Below, piece after piece: positions 1 to 553 of a DNA stretch of 553 bases. The position numbers and the translations under genes are program-made. Numbering within the stretch: the stretch's first letter is position 1; the number at the start of each line of letters is the position of its first letter. Source of the stretch: a phage; sequence record EF517009.1; one strand, written 5' to 3'. The notes under the pieces were generated by a model, which was not told the DNA's origin, did not search any database, and was given only the letters and a program-made list of their open reading frames with translations.

Positions 1-553
1 GGAACATCTGCGTAGACAATACTGCTAACAGTTACTGGCTTTCTCGTGTATCTAAAACGATTTCGGCACTGGAACACTTAAACGGGTTTGATGTTCGCTG
101 GAAGCGTCTACTGAACGATGATCGTTGTTTCTACAAAGATGGCTTTATGCTTGATGGGGAACTCATGATCAAGGGCGTAGACTTTAACACAGAGTCCGGC
201 CTACTGCGTACCAAATGGACTGACACGAAGAACCAAGAGTTCCATGAAGAGTTATTCGTTGAACCAATCCGTAAGAAAGATAAAGTTCCTTTTAAGCTGC
301 ACACTGGACACCTTCACATAAAACTGTACGCTATTCTCCCGCTGCACATCGTGGAGTCTGGAGAAAACTGTGATGTCATGACGTTGCTCATGCAGGAACA
401 CGTTAAGAACATGCTGCCTCTGCTACAGGAATACTTTCCTGAAATCGAATGGCAAGCGGCTGAATCTTACGAGGTCTACGATATGGTAGAACTACAGCAA
501 CTGTACGAGCAGAAGCGAGCAGAAGGCCATGAGGGTCTCATTGTGAAAGACCC
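1..553 (+). CDS. 1.3: ATP-dependent DNA ligase, internal fragment (5' and 3' partial); T7 gene 1.3-like. Frame 3: first complete codon at 3-5, last complete codon 549-551, then a partial Pro codon (cc) at 552-553.
   Basis: Frame 3 on the + strand is open across the whole window, while frames 1 and 2 contain early stops (tag at 13-15 in frame 1, taa at 26-28 in frame 2). The translation matches, from memory, the T7 DNA ligase region ...NICVDNTANSYWLSRVSKTI.ALEHLNGFDVRWKRLLNDDRCFYKDGFMLDGELM.KGVDFNT.SGLLRTKWTDTKNQEFHEELFVEPIRKKDKVPFKLHTGHLHIKLYAILPLHIVESGE.CDVMTLLMQEHVKNMLPLLQEYFPEIEWQAAESYEVYDMVELQQLYEQKRAEGHEGLIVKDP. It contains the ligase/capping-enzyme nucleotidyltransferase motifs III and IV in the expected order and spacing. 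The identification rests on recall, not a database search. Confidence 0.93.
144..167 (+). other. Nucleotidyltransferase motif III of ATP-dependent DNA ligase (FMLDGELM)
   Basis: Codons ttt atg ctt gat ggg gaa ctc atg encode F-M-L-D-G-E-L-M, fitting the hydrophobic-x-x-DGE-hydrophobic pattern of motif III in the covalent nucleotidyltransferase superfamily, placed a short distance downstream of where motif I would be. Confidence 0.8.
506..525 (+). repeat. Perfect 10-bp tandem direct repeat, two copies (cgagcagaag cgagcagaag), inside the ligase coding sequence
   Basis: Read directly from the sequence: 506-515 = cgagcagaag and 516-525 = cgagcagaag. The unit is not a multiple of 3, so the two copies are read in different frames (…Y-E-Q-K-R-A-E-G…) and there is no repeat at the protein level. 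Confidence 0.6.
531..551 (+). other. Nucleotidyltransferase motif IV of ATP-dependent DNA ligase (EGLIVKD)
   Basis: Codons gag ggt ctc att gtg aaa gac encode E-G-L-I-V-K-D, matching the EG-(hydrophobic)-(hydrophobic)-x-K signature of motif IV; it sits at the position expected relative to motif III in T7-type ligases. Confidence 0.8.

Noticed and set aside
147-149. Internal in-frame ATG codons (e.g. 147-149, 165-167, 378-380) as possible alternative start sites
   Set aside because: These are internal Met codons of the ligase (within FMLDGELM and elsewhere). I see no convincing Shine-Dalgarno sequence preceding them, and the reading frame is open well upstream of each.
1-553. Possible alternative or overlapping ORFs in + frames 1 and 2 and on the reverse strand
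   Set aside because: Frames 1 and 2 hit stop codons within the first 30 bp (tag at 13-15, taa at 26-28) and repeatedly after. The frame-3 ORF explains the whole window with a strong homology-based identity. I did not fully enumerate reverse-strand ORFs, but nothing supports an embedded gene.
1-553. Search for T7-type promoter (taatacgactcactataggg-like), RNase III hairpin or terminator within the window
   Set aside because: No T7 promoter consensus-like 23-mer and no obvious GC-rich hairpin followed by a T-run are present. In T7 the promoters and RNase III sites flank gene 1.3 and do not lie inside it, consistent with their absence here.
1-553. A hidden novel defence or accessory system, as the prompt suggested
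   Set aside because: The window is fully accounted for by a single conserved phage ligase coding sequence. There is no intergenic space, no unexplained ORF, and no repeat array or structured-RNA signature beyond one short 10-bp duplication.

Overview
The whole 553-bp window lies inside a single + strand coding sequence, truncated at both ends, read in frame 3 (first complete codon at 3-5, no stop codon through 553). Its 183-residue translation (NICVDNTANSYWLSRVSK...FYKDGFMLDGELMIKG...LHTGHLHIKLYAILPLHIVESGENCDVMTLLMQEH...EQKRAEGHEGLIVKDP) is recognisable as the central part of the ATP-dependent DNA ligase of coliphage T7 (gene 1.3) or a very close T7-group relative. Nucleotidyltransferase motif III (FMLDGELM) and motif IV (EGLIVKD) are present; the motif I lysine (KYDGxR) would lie just upstream and motif V (WWKMK) just downstream of the window. 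I see no promoter, terminator, RNA gene, mobile element or CRISPR array. Despite the prompt, I find nothing here that suggests a novel or undescribed system: this is an ordinary, well-characterised phage gene. The only secondary observations are a perfect 10-bp tandem duplication inside the coding sequence and a few residues that differ from the T7 ligase sequence as I remember it.
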